Source of the DNA: Elusimicrobiota bacterium
Lineage (GTDB): Bacteria; Elusimicrobiota; Elusimicrobia; UBA1565; UBA9628
Reading direction: 5' to 3'
DNA: 64,000 bases
NCBI GenBank assembly: GCA_028868375.1
Contig: JAGWUP010000008.1
Location: 4,751 to 68,750 of the forward strand
Part shown: positions 27,301-33,635 of the stretch, one piece after another
Position numbering within the stretch: position 1 is the first letter of the stretch
How the letters are laid out: every line of letters starts with the position of its first letter
Translations under genes and position numbers: made by a program
The notes under the pieces: generated by a model
The model's database searches: none
Seen by the model: the letters and a program-made list of their open reading frames with translations, nothing else
Told to the model about the DNA's origin: nothing

Positions 27301-30178
27301 CCTCGACCGGCAGATCGACGCCGCGCGCGGGGGCCGCGGGATGCTGGCCATGGACGCCTTGATCGCCCTGGAGCGCTCGCGCTTGCTGGCCGCGCGCTGG
27401 GAGGGCCGTCCCCCCGGCGAGCTGGACGCGCTGGCCGCCAACTTGCAGGCCCTGCGCGACAGGCGGCAGGCCTGGCGCTCCGGCGCCTCCGACGTGGAGC
27501 CGCTCTACGCGGTGACCAGGATCGAGCGCGACGGCCGCCGCCTCTGGAGCGTGGAGGGCTGGATGACGCGCCGAGAGTTCGAGGCCGAGCGCGCCGCCGG
27601 GCGAGTCAAGTCCGTCGACGGGCGCATGATCTGGAGCGGGGGGGCAGCCCCGCGCGAGTTGATCGGCGGCATCGACGCGGCGCGCGCTGACTTGGACTCG
27701 GCCCGGTCGGCCGCGCGGGACAACGGAGCGGTCCTTTCCCGGCAGGGCCTGCTGGAGCGCTACGATTACGTGCCGGATCGCCCCTTGCGCGGGGACCGGG
27801 CCCCCGCCCGCGAGGGGCTCTCCGTCGAGGATCTTTTCGGCGCCGCGGGCCTGGGCCGCCAAGGCCGGCTGTTATTCTTCAAGGCGCCCAAGCCCGGCGA
27901 GCCCGCCGGCTCCGAGCACCAGGCCTTGGACCCGATCGCGGCGCTGAGCCTGAGCCCGGACGATTACGTCGTCTACGCCTACGACGGCGGCAAGCCCTTG
28001 GACAAAGGCGCCTTCCCGAGCCTGGAAAGCCTCAAGGACTCCGAGCGCCGCAGCGATTTTGCGCGGCTGACTCTTTCCCCCTCGGGGGCGCGGGATCTGG
28101 GCGCGCGCCTGGAGCGGCAGCGCCAGGCGGAGCTCGAAGCCGGCTGGGTCGACGTCAAGCTGGACGGCTACGGCTTCGCGCGCGACGCCAAGGGCGACGT
28201 CGTCCAGATTTACCTGACCCGAGACGACTTCCGCGCCCAGCGAAAGGCCTTCGCCAACGCCGCGCGCGACTTGGAGGCGCTGCGGGCCGCAAGCCGCCGC
28301 GCCCAAGAGCGGGAGCAGCGCGCCAAGGGCGAGCTGGAGGCCCGGCGCGCGGCGCTCGAGCATGCCCGACCGGCCTACGAGGCCGCCCGGGCGCGGCGCT
28401 CAAGCGACAAGGCGGGCTTTGATTCCGCCCAGGCCGCTTTCGACGCCCTGTCGAAGGCCTCCAGCCGGGCGCAGGCGGACTATGAGGCCGCCAACGCCGC
28501 GGCGCAGAACGCCAGGCGGGCGGTGACGGAGGAGAAGAGCACATTGGCGCGGTCGAAGGCCTGGAGCCTCTATCGCAGCCGCGATCTATCCCTGTCGCTC
28601 GACGCCGACGGGACGATCGTCGCCGCGGCGGCGCAGCCCGTCTACGGCGCGCAGACCCTCTCGCAGCCGGTGGCCTCGGGAGGGCCGGTCGCCCGGGTGC
28701 TCTCCGGGGAGCTGCTGGCGGCGGCCCTGGACTCCCAAGGCCGCCTGGTCGGCTATTACCAGGACCCCGAGGCGCTGGCGGCCGACGCCCGGCGCTGGAA
28801 GCTGGTGACCGTGTCCCTGGGCGCGGGCTCCGAGCTGCCGGCGGCGGCGAGGACGGTCGATCCCCGCGCGCGCCTGGACCATTACGAGCTGCCGCTGCCC
28901 GGAGGGGGCTCGGCGCCCATCGCCCTCAACCGCCGCTACCTGATCGCCCAGGTCCAAGACGCCCGCGCCAAGCTCCATGCCGCGGACCATTACGCCGTCC
29001 TGCCTTGGCATTGGGGCGACTTGCTGCTCGAGCTTCCGCGCGGGGTGGCCGGCGCCCCGCTGGAATTATTGGGCGGCCGAGATCCCCGCCAGCAGCATTA
29101 CCTGGGCCGCGCGGCCATGTACCGGACGGAGGGCGGCTCCACGGAGCGTCAGGGTTTCTTCCGCCGGGCGGCGGGCTTGATCGACATACTGGACTTCCTG
29201 CCCGATCCGGTCGAGCGCTTCTTCGACCCCAGCCAGTTCCCGGATCATGTCGCCGTCGATTCCCCGCTGCTGCCCGGCCAGAGCGTGTTCGACAAGGGCA
29301 TGCGGACCTTGGACGGCAGAAAGGACATCCACTTCGGCGCCACGGCGCTGCGGCGCGAGCTTTCCTACTCCCTGGAGGATCTCGCCGCCGAACAACGGCG
29401 CGCCCTGGAGCATTTCCACGGCGGCGAGGAGACGCTGCTCGTCTCAAGCTGGAGGGGGCGCTCCGGCCTCTACCAGGACTCCACGCGCTCCGGCGCCGCG
29501 GGGCCGCAAGCCCTGCGCTCCGCCCTGAATGAGCCCTCCTTCTCCGCCGAGCTGCCGGACAGCCTGGCCGTCGAGGGCTTGCGGCGCGTGGTGCGGCCGC
29601 GCCTGGGCGCCGACGAGCTGGCCCAGGAGGAGGCGGCGCTGAAGGGCTATCCCGAGGCCTTCTTGCGGCGGCTGGGCCTGAGGCGCTCAAGGCAAGCCGG
29701 GCTTGAACAGCGCTCGGCCCGGGCCCAAGCGACTCTTAAGCGCGCCCAGGCGGCGCGCCGCGGGGCTCATGCGCGCGCCGAGGCGCTGTGGTCGCGGCGC
29801 GAGGCGCTGGCCGAGCGCGTCTCCGCCTACGACGCCGCGCGGACCCGGTTGGAGCGCTCGCGCGCAAGGCAGGCGGAGCTGGCCCGCAGCCTGGCGTTCT
29901 GGCGGCACGAGCTGGCGCGGCTGAACGCGCGGGCCCAGGGCTTGAGGCCCGCGGGTCCCCGGCGCGATTTTCCGGCGAAGGCATCCCCTCTTGCCGCCCC
30001 GTCGGCAGCTCCCGCGGCCCCCGCCCGACTGCCCGCCCCCGCTCCCGCGACCCATGGGGAAAAACCGGCGCCAGCCTCGCGAAGCCTGCCTTGGGGCCTG
30101 GGCTTGGCCGGCGCCATCCTGACGGCCGCGCTGTTGTGGTGGAAGCGGCGCTGGGCCTTAAGGCCTAGTCATTCATAG
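15359..30178 (+). CDS. giant envelope protein (4939 aa): signal peptide, Pro/Ala-rich linker, polytopic membrane domain, coiled coils, beta-rich region, TolC/OEP-like module, long helical C-terminal part, C-terminal TM anchor
   Basis: Single 14.8-kb ORF. N-terminal MKRLLRQAVACLTVASLLITAPGLG. At least 10 hydrophobic helices in aa 220-900. A Q/N-rich coiled coil follows. The TolC-like segment (about 23350-24900) includes VSLRIPVYD, AIRAYRNGLIGEAELQQAFDTW and LATLNFLLG. The C-terminus is LPWGLGLAGAILTAALLWWKRRW. Confidence 0.7.
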   Translation: MKRLLRQAVACLTVASLLITAPGLGLYSALAAQMGEAAGDIPEGLPPRLPGSPIGPAGGVGISAQAAANWRRRLDAARALGGAGAVSQPAPPQSAQSAPAQAWRSLRASVAAGLVPPGQGGRQAAASPAAAAQSGASPEAASGLAARLFDHLKNLGGGLRRLVFDSEEEEPAEEVPAAEVPAAEVPAAEGRRSPALAPALAPASEPDPAQPEPAQPPAVAKPVGARHWLGAAGMTALSGAITWKFGAPKLAGWAAALIHAPAAAPAIAVALTALLTYSTAKQQFGALLERRRAHRLAEIREREGELAAVDWELEQAPRPAPNTAPHEIVGLALIVAAAAAGHALWSGPGAVGGFLLGAWFSDRWLSLRRDRFKEDRQKRDELLRRRKALGGSEAQEASPDGPVADALEPPLGGSPPRGPPAGLSPPGTEPSAASQGPRVFEDFFGFRWVRGRLHEPAAEPSSGRLETLTAGALILGSAFAGFAAFGLLGAAGGLVAGYALAFHRQARLARGSAREVLPLSATTEQVIRALARDGGWTRQRLLELMAPFGLGESSPLDAWLAVHDWLRVHGDREQFKRFDHEKSDHSWRELANVRYSEGRRGALERLAEVQKHSAGAFVRFPYHLFDLFVLGYFRQNMAYELFHSGEDFLGALQPGLREKYLLHAASQAVAARGFKRSLRAQPIYRALDRYLWTPWLGPLGQFLSRRLTLAVASAVAMGVLGGLAPVLTVFGLPLLSLSLTTIPLLGPALIAIVNALPVLVGWLPFCGHALAPVAAAAAQKLLADLVVGPMLNTLILSSFLTFPHAVRQRLAELDAADPARRRGLRSQELCAAALAVASSSAYWRANLKSFLAMMTVGAEIEGIMTYADVADQAASAVSGAHVTLFHALGSAVERPRGKSLIPFGGAITWGNVLLYKAQNWLGFNLSDAVAHGVSVFIGDRLPGVVHAQTLLAVAEGRYRGARGPKPAPFDKTLYRKSPGQVWRRLKDLASRGGDLESRIAQAKARAEAARRELASERKRFAALEASLPPSVTPAQRAELERLNARYASARDEDYARGKLAEDGDLAAAPDAARLARLRALKQSYADDLVARDGRRPAVSDALAARRAQLLALERSLSSVVEKGTVALPNGTAARLPDATVTQIAQLVKTIEDLRSQAKGEMANRDAESRLLGVLAQARHNALRERRNGRGMSDFHRNLARLDTVMSLALSLNEIAAAEQAIHQMMALLDAKIAKINAAAQQNQQNLAQAQQNQQQTQKWKDEANQVISADQSTQKTIVDYENRTALAAERVGSFQHDLSALIGVINARDGGQSRDALTEYARRLALLPQVADWRTNGNPNDSSAFSLKTFQDDLSQVDGYIQKVQDGIGQLRQTPLEAAGVAIILVPGPDVTIHNPTKEQTLQILADRKTYWQRQSQQYRDDLARINRMMDPGNTNTTTDEFGDSAPESLPRYLSQEQGIEQTARANVQQYAAQIDAAADQINSVAGSNLPHLSGLPLDQLESVITNYGNLARAVKLPDSGGNDAAYLASMNMLSLAKLIPYAADNVVQWAKADATITSINSAMATTLPQAKTRLTAIVQVFDDVLADDDADVAYVTHGGDPQALLNRKIDLLQNKVLPALQGADDLLRNVLIPYQRQSIAQVQVDASAPLYQLLTSQQTLAQSVSQLYNSDVAWALASFGGSKSDPAGSRASIAAWKKTIEQNLNGYDDAQGHHEGVNEYIVEVQHRKDPNYAGPETTDYLKDPNYPDGGPFSLPRKIALYSAERAQRVAQLNAQDAQINDILSHIETVSKGRYNLQSFRLPTDLTGDAAGASRAQALFDSNLIQNLGGELQQIAADNQSSGAGISVADQGSAGPPTGTQPPITASDAQTLSLLALDAAKRIVPSSLQQPQTAPASYALARLLYSNGTLSAAQDALTNQIPVAETVLAHAQAVLTAADDTSKDEAYVDSNGTSESADSVYARKVALFSSLNAFLQEGANFFNLKGQWDMASLNTVDQVSQYYGGLGTIYGGASSTTSGELQAATQMKAALQTTLDGLEQSRTKVKGWMSQLDDPHDSALARVSESVATLQDQTRKVLEANVQWQGVRDQLRRSDDIVAAKLGELDEAQQRLVRLLDRPDVSGGGLPPDLINRIEALRLAGGSWAWGGSDGSPEAIAVKKSDFGGFVESLLDALGARGSSENLPLLRQDLLSNPGGLSALLPDAKMLEFGGDDGFYLIYQSRFSVPNGLETGTDVTLGNAARLGGNNISVGGYQLASQPSDASAPYGDKGAWVQVESLRGKNWVNYLNVDLHRFIFDIPPDAKPISQLRESRLLVFDDFAMLLFGDRLYVGLAGFADRAVDQPGQHPSYYGGNLKTSIRLNGVMRLNAEQRELFANDPRKFLETVNLDFTGFDPDLNQTFAIQAHGDNKHYSRTQVGPSFDVGKLLGSKDAFTLDLYWAKTTGSDDIHQESLGVSILKGFTLADADGKPWAVIDNQANAELGQQYPAYRDRLSVTLPRQGIVVSGQGQILGPTSAYYGEISKSFGDHSTVRVGYGSRYVGIKDRLSLEMNTSFTLRQLYEAVLAHGRSQLKGGRQLSRFNTDIKNFFDSDRDGGGSGTRVEALRRVFDQDVGRKLLTQDIGTLRRDIDQLRGAGAFLDNTRVQGMIGFISNPVSSDQADVTVGGGPVAATQTELTLTRSQKALIQAKTQALFLDGLRLQQRLLELSRRWQEDVAQIARAQWDLKLASFMRQNAGTEALRRQAGVLAADASDRLHQALLDYNALSGRSPDAPVPFKDLSASDLRELTAAIRGTLSGGDRLKAILHELDPAQMKERLGPEAFNLLDWLPFLDRMTLSIGAQLQDSLANQAMTVGVSLRIPVYDPSSGHADKAYRLESRATIAQMAELQAERRLEADRQDAQARLSAGQAKAAQAGLPRAARALSLAIRAYRNGLIGEAELQQAFDTWRWYAREALDGEIESSLSAAWAASGRYLAGSTDDGNGDGSGNENGSLALGSLDEAFSQAESRSGSLAEVALREQAAAEMARDNAHRIQKVLLDLNIGTGLTASGDGWLPAVGLTGYPVMPIVRFEFKPEELRELQAEEGRGQTEYYRQLKAELEGELALELYQSVVAYQSASAAVSRYDDSLLPGLRERAEVEGQGSGGAAVKAQRRLDAALEKRAQAALARRQALATLNFLLGRRGDAPLQVGIDADQALAWLRAALSRENPVAARQRLLKARVQTAQAVETVVDKDLRAQQLALEPVSLVARSLGRLIDVLGGGKPGRPQLLAEARAQTLREQRALDAYPGQRRAAIAQAKAQLNLVRSRLESLSNGGDAAQRELLLGRERILLGALCALGADGQDAAPQSYSELPHSFDELGERLAQARQDMSARQPGSPVELLAPATQRQRPAGFARYYYAQQTLGKVAIDKSYVEGWLETRLRDYETDPKVLLRLAQLSGRKADELHRVEVAGSRAQGEMLAADFEAEARLLRWAETARGQEGADLRASLLKELEARRAEIVALLNLPPDTGLDSLLALVPAQSRGDGDPSALASGFSGQIRRLGLGELERSLFADGQLAGLGTDADLLSRLRAGLLAERMSYDGLTPVLAFGLFRGTPTGGAVLEVPDPRQIEHGLDNMLSEALRKDLESSGRLRELSLGLRALMAKVQDEEVEVERSARLVQAAEADYRAQMGLVGEGGDLAEAEAARSRLLKAWLGFSRRLSGARADFVELVTELEALNPGRRAGLRPLVHPLRAQPPTLRSDPRRRLLSYWTDRMLDADFRADLSRRLDLIAARASPAQGKALSQLRRRLEEDAGLYSTADRDAAAVLAKDFSDAERLDLLSRNDREGKREALSFDLGRLLEACGGLSQRDDPLVAFLVRDIDAQARRAAAARDDFAALDGALRQAAWSADDPARGIFQRLEAARQTMETARQALWADDDGLEENATRVLLKDSRLDDFLKAQQRYDAEVVGTFQSEAVRRDRSLAWRLDAFFDLDAALDRQIDAARGGRGMLAMDALIALERSRLLAARWEGRPPGELDALAANLQALRDRRQAWRSGASDVEPLYAVTRIERDGRRLWSVEGWMTRREFEAERAAGRVKSVDGRMIWSGGAAPRELIGGIDAARADLDSARSAARDNGAVLSRQGLLERYDYVPDRPLRGDRAPAREGLSVEDLFGAAGLGRQGRLLFFKAPKPGEPAGSEHQALDPIAALSLSPDDYVVYAYDGGKPLDKGAFPSLESLKDSERRSDFARLTLSPSGARDLGARLERQRQAELEAGWVDVKLDGYGFARDAKGDVVQIYLTRDDFRAQRKAFANAARDLEALRAASRRAQEREQRAKGELEARRAALEHARPAYEAARARRSSDKAGFDSAQAAFDALSKASSRAQADYEAANAAAQNARRAVTEEKSTLARSKAWSLYRSRDLSLSLDADGTIVAAAAQPVYGAQTLSQPVASGGPVARVLSGELLAAALDSQGRLVGYYQDPEALAADARRWKLVTVSLGAGSELPAAARTVDPRARLDHYELPLPGGGSAPIALNRRYLIAQVQDARAKLHAADHYAVLPWHWGDLLLELPRGVAGAPLELLGGRDPRQQHYLGRAAMYRTEGGSTERQGFFRRAAGLIDILDFLPDPVERFFDPSQFPDHVAVDSPLLPGQSVFDKGMRTLDGRKDIHFGATALRRELSYSLEDLAAEQRRALEHFHGGEETLLVSSWRGRSGLYQDSTRSGAAGPQALRSALNEPSFSAELPDSLAVEGLRRVVRPRLGADELAQEEAALKGYPEAFLRRLGLRRSRQAGLEQRSARAQATLKRAQAARRGAHARAEALWSRREALAERVSAYDAARTRLERSRARQAELARSLAFWRHELARLNARAQGLRPAGPRRDFPAKASPLAAPSAAPAAPARLPAPAPATHGEKPAPASRSLPWGLGLAGAILTAALLWWKRRWALRPSHS
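15872..15925 (+). repeat. in-frame 15-bp tandem repeat (~3.5 copies) encoding (A)EVPAA
   Basis: gcggaggaagtgcca / gcggcggaagtgcca / gcggcggaagtgccc / gctgcggagg, located inside the giant gene. Confidence 0.6.
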
Positions 30179-30182
30179 GACC

Positions 30183-31499
30183 ATGGACCTGTGGCAGCGC
30201 CCGCCGATCCTGTTAGACTATGGCATGGCCCCGTTCTTCTTGGCCGCCCTGCTGGCCGTCCAGGCCAGGTCCGCCCCGCTCGTCGAAGGGGCTGGCCCGC
30301 GGCTTTTGGGTGCGGCGCCGCTGGCCGGCCCTGCGAACGTCGGCGCGGCCCGGCCGGGGCTGGGATTGCCGCCGGGCATCGATTTTTCGGCGGCGCCGCA
30401 GTTGCCGACGCTTCCGGGCAGCGAGGGGATACCGGCCCTGCCGCCCAGCGCGATCGTCGGGGACGGGATCGGGGCCGTTCCCGAAGCGGCCGGGCTCGGC
30501 GCGGCGCCGGCGGCCGCGGGCATTGGGCTGCGCGCGCGGCTTGCGGCGCCGGGGGCGGCCGCGTCGGAGGGGCTGACCGCGACAGCGGCCGGGCGGGCTC
30601 TGGCGGCATCGGCGGCCGGCCGAGAGGCGGCGCGCGCTCAAGCGGCGGGCGCTCAAGCGGCGCCGGACGGCGCCGAGGAATCCGCGGTCGGCCGGCAGCG
30701 GCGGTTTTGGGACCGGCAGGGCCCGGAGGGGAGCGATCTAGCGGCGCCCGCAGTCGCCGCCGGCGCCGCCATCGGCGCTTCGTTCGGCGGAACCTTCAGC
30801 GCGGCTCGATTGGCGCGGCCATTGGCCGCCGGCCGCCGGGGCGATTTTTCGGCGCGCGGGCGCGGGCAGAGACTTTCCGGCTCGCCGGCGTTGACGCCGG
30901 CGCCGGCTTCTTCCGGAGAGCCCGCCCGCTCGATGTCGCCGCCGGTGCCGTTGCTTTCCTTGCGGGTGGCCGGGCTGGCTTTGATCGTCGCCGAGGCTTG
31001 CGCGCAGCCGGCCGTCGTCTCCGGCTCCGCGGCCGCCGCGCGCGCCGCGCTGGCGCTGGCTGGCCGCCAAGCAGACGAGCGGGCTTCCGAAGCGCTTGAA
31101 GGCCGCGCCGCGGGCTGGTGGACTACTCTTGCTTCGGCACAAGGCCAGTTCTTCCAGGAAGCGTCGCCGGCGCGCCCCGCTGTTTTTCTCGGGAGCTTTG
31201 GTCCCGGGCCGGCGGCAAAATTGGCCGGGATGCCGGCGCGGCTCCAGAATCGGCGCCAAGCCGCCTTCCTGGAACCGGGGGTCGTCGCGGCAAGCGCGTC
31301 GAGGGCCCCCGCGCTCTCGCTGGCGGCCAACCAGCGGACGGCAGGCGCGGCAGGCAGGCTGGCGCGCGGCGCAGGCGCGGCGAACGATTCGCCGTTCTCC
31401 CCGTCGCCGGACGGCATGCCGGGGGCGGGAACATTCCCGGCCATGGCGCTGCTAACGGCGGGAGCGGTCTTGGCGTTGTCTTACCGTCGCGGATTCTAA
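30183..31499 (+). CDS. Ala/Gly/Arg-rich low-complexity membrane protein with N-terminal and C-terminal TM segments, C-terminal TM followed by RRGF
   Basis: ATG is 5 nt after the giant-gene stop. N-terminal MAPFFLAALLAVQA. C-terminal AMALLTAGAVLALSYRRGF. Extreme low complexity, so the call is uncertain. Confidence 0.4.
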   Translation: MDLWQRPPILLDYGMAPFFLAALLAVQARSAPLVEGAGPRLLGAAPLAGPANVGAARPGLGLPPGIDFSAAPQLPTLPGSEGIPALPPSAIVGDGIGAVPEAAGLGAAPAAAGIGLRARLAAPGAAASEGLTATAAGRALAASAAGREAARAQAAGAQAAPDGAEESAVGRQRRFWDRQGPEGSDLAAPAVAAGAAIGASFGGTFSAARLARPLAAGRRGDFSARGRGQRLSGSPALTPAPASSGEPARSMSPPVPLLSLRVAGLALIVAEACAQPAVVSGSAAAARAALALAGRQADERASEALEGRAAGWWTTLASAQGQFFQEASPARPAVFLGSFGPGPAAKLAGMPARLQNRRQAAFLEPGVVAASASRAPALSLAANQRTAGAAGRLARGAGAANDSPFSPSPDGMPGAGTFPAMALLTAGAVLALSYRRGF

Positions 31500-31550
31500 T
31501 CCGGGCATGCGCTCGCTCTCCGGTCTTCGGCCGAGCGTCCATGTTATTAC

Positions 31551-32117
31551 TTGACAGCGCCTTACGTCCTCACCTTCTTTCTGATCAACGCGTCGATCTG
31601 GACGGCCATGCTGCTGCCGGGCAGCGCGGGCTCGCCGCAGGCCTTCCTCCAGAACGCCGTCGCGCCGATCCTCTGCATCGCGCCGATCCTCTGGGTCCAA
31701 TACCGCCTGCTCGCCCGGATATTCCCCAACGTGCTTTTGGAGATTCTGGTCCAGTACGCCTCCTTCGCGCTGTTCATGTTTCTCAGCGGCTTTCTGATGT
31801 CGATAGGCCAGCAGGTCGGCTCCAGTTCCGCCCGCAATCCCCTGGGCTGGCTCGACGGCGGCCTGCGCGTCGCCCTGCTGGGGCAGTTTATCGGGATCGT
31901 GCCCTTAGAATTCAGGGATACGCGCCGCCGAGAGGGGCGGACGGGCGCTCGGCGCAACCCCGAGAAACGCCTTCTGTTGGTCCGCCGGAGCCAGCAGGCC
32001 CAAGATCGTCGAGCCGTCCTCCTGGCGCTCCGGCTTGACCGGCGGGCGATAGGCGGTCCTGACGTCGGCGTCGGCCGTGGTGACGACGTAGCCCCAGGTG
32101 GCGGGGTTTCCGCTTAG
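31551..32117 (+). CDS. possible small membrane protein in a low-GC island; the last ~70 codons overlap the convergent gene and look non-coding
   Basis: The first ~125 aa are hydrophobic with non-local codon usage (TFFLINASIWTAMLL...). The R-rich tail overlaps 31905-32117 of the minus-strand gene. Confidence 0.25.
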   Translation: MTAPYVLTFFLINASIWTAMLLPGSAGSPQAFLQNAVAPILCIAPILWVQYRLLARIFPNVLLEILVQYASFALFMFLSGFLMSIGQQVGSSSARNPLGWLDGGLRVALLGQFIGIVPLEFRDTRRREGRTGARRNPEKRLLLVRRSQQAQDRRAVLLALRLDRRAIGGPDVGVGRGDDVAPGGGVSA

Positions 32118-33635
32118 GATCGAGGCGGGGATCGTCACGCGCACCTGGCGGGTATCCGCGTCGGTGGCGACGCCGGGGTGGCCGACGAGGACCGGGGAGC
32201 CGAGGGACCTGGACCTATAAAGGAAGGCGCCCCAGGCCGAGATCGCCAGGGCGTATTCCCAAGCGTCCCGCGGCTGTATGAAAGCGCCGCGGTCGAACAG
32301 AAGCCTGGTCGAGCCGGCGCGCTGCACGTGGTTGAGGTCGATGTAGGTCTCCAGCAGCACCCGCCCCAGATCGGGCGCCACCCTCGGGGCCGGCTGAAAC
32401 AAGCTATTGGCGTCCAGGCGCGCCATCGTGTAGATCAGCGTCTCGCCGGCCTCGCTGGATTCGATGCGCAGGCTTTCGATCCGCCACAATGAGGACGGCG
32501 GCGCTCCGCCCTGCAGCTCCAGCCCGAGCGGGGCCAGGGTCAAGCCGTCGGGATTGTCGAATTGGATCCAACCCTGGCCCTGCTCGACGCGCAGGTCGGC
32601 GGAAACGGCGGCGCTGGAGACGGCCACGTCCAGCAGCGAATCGGGGGGAGTGCGGCCCAGGTCGCGGTAGATATTGGCCAGATGGGAGTGGAATTCCGCC
32701 GCGATCGCGGCGGCTTGTCCTTGCGGCGGCGCGCGGTAATAGCGGTTGGCTTGGGCGGCGTAGAGCTCGTTGGTGGCCTCGTCCAACTGCTTGAGGTCCG
32801 CCGTCCCCGAGTTCTGGTACTGGTCGAGCAGGCGGGCGGCCTGCCCGTACAGCGACCAGGCTGTTTGGGCGCTGGCGCTGGAGGTCCACTCCTCCAAATC
32901 GCCGGTCCATGCCGGCCAGGAGCCGGCGGCGGCGGGCGCCAGGGACCGGGAGGCGAGGGCCTTGGAGACGGTGGACCAATCGCAGGCGGAAACGGCGGAA
33001 GAGCGCAGCCAGCGCAGCAGGGAGCCTTCCGCGACCAAGCCGTCTGACTCGTCGACGACGACCGGGCCGCCGGTCAGGTCGGGGACGGCGACGGAGGAGC
33101 TGTCGGAGCGGACGGCGCGCAAGGGCACGGCGGCGACGCCGTCGTAGGAGGACCATGCGGCGTCCGGGGAATACGCTCCGGTCGCCGCCCAGCGCAGTCC
33201 CATCGAGCCCAGCGTGCCCAGCAGCTCGCGCGAGGCCGCTCCCGCGCCCGGCGCGAAGCCGGCCGGCGTAAAGCCCGCCGCCGCCTTCCAGCGCTCCAGC
33301 TCCACGGCCAGCCTGGCCGCGGGGTCCTCGGGGCGGGGCGCCTCGGCTTGCCCGGCGATCAAGGGAAGCAGCGGATCCCCGTCCAGGCGCAGGGCGGCCT
33401 CCAGGCGGCCGTCGTCAATCCATGGTTTTAGGGCGCGCAGGGCCGAGGGGTTGAGCATGTCCTCGGAGACTCCCACGGTCAGGCGCAGGCCGCGATGGTC
33501 CTTGAGCAGGGCGTCGAGCTGGCTCCAGGCGGAGAAGGAGGGCGGCGGAATCCACAGCACGGTGCATCGCGGGGCCGCGGCGGCGCGGGCCGCCAAGGCC
33601 AGCAGCAGGCAGGAGGTCAGCGCCGGCGGCCTCAT
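31905..33635 (-). CDS. secreted protein of unknown function; possibly carbohydrate-active, based on pairing with the CBM48 gene
   Basis: Signal peptide MRPPALTSCLLLALAARAAAAP. 576-aa ORF. ATGA overlap with the upstream CBM48-like gene. Confidence 0.5.
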   Translation of the reverse strand: MRPPALTSCLLLALAARAAAAPRCTVLWIPPPSFSAWSQLDALLKDHRGLRLTVGVSEDMLNPSALRALKPWIDDGRLEAALRLDGDPLLPLIAGQAEAPRPEDPAARLAVELERWKAAAGFTPAGFAPGAGAASRELLGTLGSMGLRWAATGAYSPDAAWSSYDGVAAVPLRAVRSDSSSVAVPDLTGGPVVVDESDGLVAEGSLLRWLRSSAVSACDWSTVSKALASRSLAPAAAGSWPAWTGDLEEWTSSASAQTAWSLYGQAARLLDQYQNSGTADLKQLDEATNELYAAQANRYYRAPPQGQAAAIAAEFHSHLANIYRDLGRTPPDSLLDVAVSSAAVSADLRVEQGQGWIQFDNPDGLTLAPLGLELQGGAPPSSLWRIESLRIESSEAGETLIYTMARLDANSLFQPAPRVAPDLGRVLLETYIDLNHVQRAGSTRLLFDRGAFIQPRDAWEYALAISAWGAFLYRSRSLGSPVLVGHPGVATDADTRQVRVTIPASILSGNPATWGYVVTTADADVRTAYRPPVKPERQEDGSTILGLLAPADQQKAFLGVAPSARPPLSAARIPEF

